Made by a program: the position numbers and the translations under genes. 64,000 nt of DNA from assembly GCA_965263355.1 (NCBI GenBank), contig CBDHHL010000032.1:3008001-3072000 (forward strand). The letters run 5' to 3'. The stretch is from Leptolyngbyaceae cyanobacterium (lineage in GTDB: Bacteria > Cyanobacteriota > Cyanobacteriia > Phormidesmidales > Phormidesmidaceae). Under the pieces are notes generated by a model. That model saw only the letters and a list, made by a program, of their open reading frames with translations. It was not told the origin of the DNA and did no database searches. Below, in pieces: positions 61,758 through 64,000 of the stretch (the stretch's first letter is position 1; each line of letters starts with the position of its first letter).

Positions 61758-63159
61758 ATGGGCGACCCTGTTGATGTGTTCATTTCCTATTCCCGTAAGG
61801 ATGAGGAGCTGAAAGATGAGCTGTATGTGCATTTAGCGCCTTTGGAAGATCAGGGACAGATTAAACCCTGGCAGGATCGGGATCTTGAAGCTGGCTCAGA
61901 ATGGGAGCAGGAAATCAAAGCACAGCTGGAGGCAGCGGACATAATTCTGCTACTGATTACACCGAGGTTTCTGGCTTCTAAATATTGCTTTGATCAAGAA
62001 ATGAAACGGGCAATGGCTCGCCATGATGCTGGCACTGCTAGGGTGATTCCTGTCATTATGAAGCCCTCTTTGTGGGAGGGATCTGCCTTTAGCAAGTTGC
62101 AGGTATTGCCTAAGGATGGAAAACCCGTTACGACATGGAAGGATCAGGATGAAGCGCTACTGGATGTAGTGCGGGGTATTCAGAAGGTGATTGAAAGTCG
62201 TCAAAAACAGGATGGCTTTCAATCACCGCAGGCTACAGTAACTCAAGAGGATGCTCAGAAGCCTGTGACTGTTGCACCGACTGTATTTGCCCGACCTGTA
62301 GTCGAGAAGCCATCTGTTAAAGGCGATTTTATAGAGCATCTGAGCAATGGTGTTGAGCTGAAGATGGTCAAAATCCAGGCTGGGCAGTTTTGGATGGGTT
62401 CGCCTGACAGTGACTCACAGGGATATGGTGATGAACGTCCGCAGCATTTGGTTAATGTTTCTGAGTTTTGGTTAGGCAAGTATCCGGTTACCCAGGCTCA
62501 ATGGACTGAAGTAGCTGCATTACCAAAAGTGGACCGTGATTTAGATCCATTTCCATCGAAATTTAAAGGGACTACTTTACCGGTAGAGCAAGTCAGCTGG
62601 TGGGAAGCGGTGGAGTTTTGTCAACGGTTATCCCGAGCGGCAAGGTGTACTTATCGTTTACCCAGCGAGGCGGAGTGGGAATATGCCTGTCGGGCTGGGA
62701 CGGACACTCGATATTCTTTTGGAGACACGATTACTGGCGAACAAGTAAATTGTAACCACAGAAAAACTGTTGTTGTCAGTGAAGGGTTTATGGGATTAGG
62801 TCGAAAAGAAGAAACGAGAGGAACTTATAGAGCTAAGGCAACGGCTGTGGGTAGTTTTTCTGCTAATGTTTGGGGACTACACGATATGCACGGTAACGTG
62901 TGGGAGTGGTGTGCTGATCATTGGCATGAAAATTATGAAGGGGCTCCCACGGATGGTTCTCCATGGTTGTCTGATGATAAACAATCTCGTCGTATACTAC
63001 GCGGTGGCTCCTGGTACTTCAATCCGAGGTTTTGCCGCTCCGCCGTCCGCTACAACGAACAACATTACGCCCGGCAAGAGATTGCTCAGTTCGAATTTAT
63101 TACCTACCCGTCAAATCGGTTTTCGCGTAGTATGTTCTGCGCCCAGGATTCTTCAGTAG
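61758..63159 (+). pseudogene. TIR domain + FGE-sulfatase (SUMF1/CLec-fold) protein; C-terminus frameshifted, the reading frame as sequenced runs to 63248
   Basis: TIR motifs VFISYS..D and ADIILLL..RFLAS.YC...E; FGE motifs F.MGS, E.PQH, YPVTQAQW, RLPSEAEWEYACRAG, GNVWEWC and RGGSW. The canonical end IGFRVVCSAPRILQ* (63115-63159) lies in another frame. Confidence 0.85.
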
Positions 63160-63301
63160 CCCTTTTCTCTTTTTGTTCTATTGCGCTTTTCAAAAGATGC
63201 TTTTCTCTCTTCTTTCTTCTTTGGCGCGAAGCGCCTCGTTTTTTTTGACGATTTTTGGGGTGTCTTGATCCCGCAAGAGATTGCTCAGTTCGAATTTATT
63301 A
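63074..63301 (+). repeat. 29-bp perfect direct repeat pair
   Basis: GCAAGAGATTGCTCAGTTCGAATTTATTA at 63074-63102 and 63273-63301. Confidence 0.95.
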
Positions 63302-63999
63302 GCCCTGAGTAAAATGAACATCCTCGTAGGGGCACACCCTTGTGGTTGCCCTTCGACATCGTGCGCAGGTAACCGGAATTTCGAATGATTTGCCAAGATA
63401 GACGTCAGCAAACAGACTTCATCAACGGCCATTGACCAGCAAAAAACCTGATTAATGGCGATTGTTATCCCAGGGCAGGCACAAGACCTGCCCCTAAAGG
63501 ATGGTCCCTTTTTAACCAAATGAGCGAATTCTGCCAGGTCGGTCAGATTTTCTAGAAACTGATCAATATCTTGCTCTACAGAACGATTGGCTTGCAATGC
63601 TGTATCAATGTTCGGTTGTAGCTGACTTAACTCAATTTCAGTGCCATAGGCATGGCGAAACATATGTCGAAAACTTCTCAGTTTATTCAGCGCGTCAAAC
63701 GATGCTTCAGATAAGAAAGCGGGACGAATCCCTTCCACAGGTTGACTGAGCCGTAATAGCAAAACGCGATGCCATTCGCCACTGGTGCCGAGCCGGTTTT
63801 CAAAGGCATTGGCAATAAGTTTCAACAAATCTTCAATGGAGCAGTACAGATTATGAATCTGATAGGCCACACTATCCAACTGCCCCGGTGTATCCAGGCC
63901 TTCATCCACACGTGCCTGTAATCGAATGCTGACTCGTTCGATTAATCGCCACTGCCCTTTGATTTCTGCAGTGAGTCCGGCGAGTCGTTCACGCTCCAT
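63190..63999 (-). CDS. HEPN (HepT/DUF86-like) ribonuclease toxin with an apparently spurious C-terminal read-through
   Basis: QIHNLY..IEDL, WH..LL and FRHMFRHAY (R-x4-H) lie in the first ~150 aa. The remaining ~115 aa run through REP-like DNA. Confidence 0.75.
   Translation of the reverse strand: MERERLAGLTAEIKGQWRLIERVSIRLQARVDEGLDTPGQLDSVAYQIHNLYCSIEDLLKLIANAFENRLGTSGEWHRVLLLRLSQPVEGIRPAFLSEASFDALNKLRSFRHMFRHAYGTEIELSQLQPNIDTALQANRSVEQDIDQFLENLTDLAEFAHLVKKGPSFRGRSCACPGITIAINQVFCWSMAVDEVCLLTSILANHSKFRLPAHDVEGQPQGCAPTRMFILLRANKFELSNLLRDQDTPKIVKKNEALRAKEERREKSIF
63223..63235 (+). promoter_or_regulatory. GC-stem GAA-triloop hairpin downstream of the putative DGR variable region
   Basis: GGCGC-GAA-GCGCC, preceded by a ~60-nt pyrimidine-rich tract after the original stop codon. 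Confidence 0.55.
63326..63496. repeat. Inverted pair of REP-like elements (REPIN/MITE-like)
   Basis: Left arm GTAGGGGCACACCCTTGTGGTTGCCC (63326-63351); right arm AGGGCAGGCACAAGACCTGCCCCTA (63472-63496). Confidence 0.65.
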
Positions 64000-64000
64000 G

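Noticed and set aside
46535..63159. The FGE-domain protein as maturase for the sulfatase-like gene
   Set aside because: The sulfatase-like protein lacks (C/S)xPxR, and the FGE domain is TIR-fused without the catalytic Cys pair, consistent with a ligand-binding CLec role.
63074..63301. 29-bp direct repeats as a mini-CRISPR array
   Set aside because: Only two copies, a 170-bp gap, one copy inside a CDS, and no cas genes.

Overview
This is a 64-kb chromosomal window from a cyanobacterium. Evidence: frequent HIP1 octamers GCGATCGC, plus chlG, psbK, petP and a Psb35-like gene. The left ~37 kb is mostly core genome: Mn/Fe ABC transporter, 7TM-HD phosphohydrolase, hisF, petP-ArsA-like ATPase-chlG, PBP1A, potABCD, mrdA, pheT, Ser/Thr kinase, tgt-psbK, cobS, Rrf2-cysK and clpB. 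The right part is a patchwork of accessory DNA: two tandem PEP-CTERM paralogues (one frameshifted), REP-like palindromes, a 208-bp tandem duplication, a sulfatase-like/atypical lgt/phosphodiesterase cluster, an MFS-HEAT-cNMP fusion, a chimeric pseudogene and an LEA-like secreted protein. At the far right sit a TIR + FGE-sulfatase (CLec-fold) gene and a HEPN toxin gene. The most interesting signal is the 3' end of the TIR-FGE gene. It looks like a diversity-generating-retroelement variable region: NNY codons at variable positions, a downstream pyrimidine tract, and a GGCGC-GAA-GCGCC hairpin. No RT or template repeat is seen in the window, so it would be a remote target. The region is frameshifted by an insert containing a 29-bp sequence that recurs identically 199 bp downstream. 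A candidate structured sRNA/sORF lies upstream of the ferredoxin-Rrf2-cysK genes. No rRNA, tRNA, CRISPR array or intact transposase was seen. All calls come from reading the sequence by eye; no searches were run.
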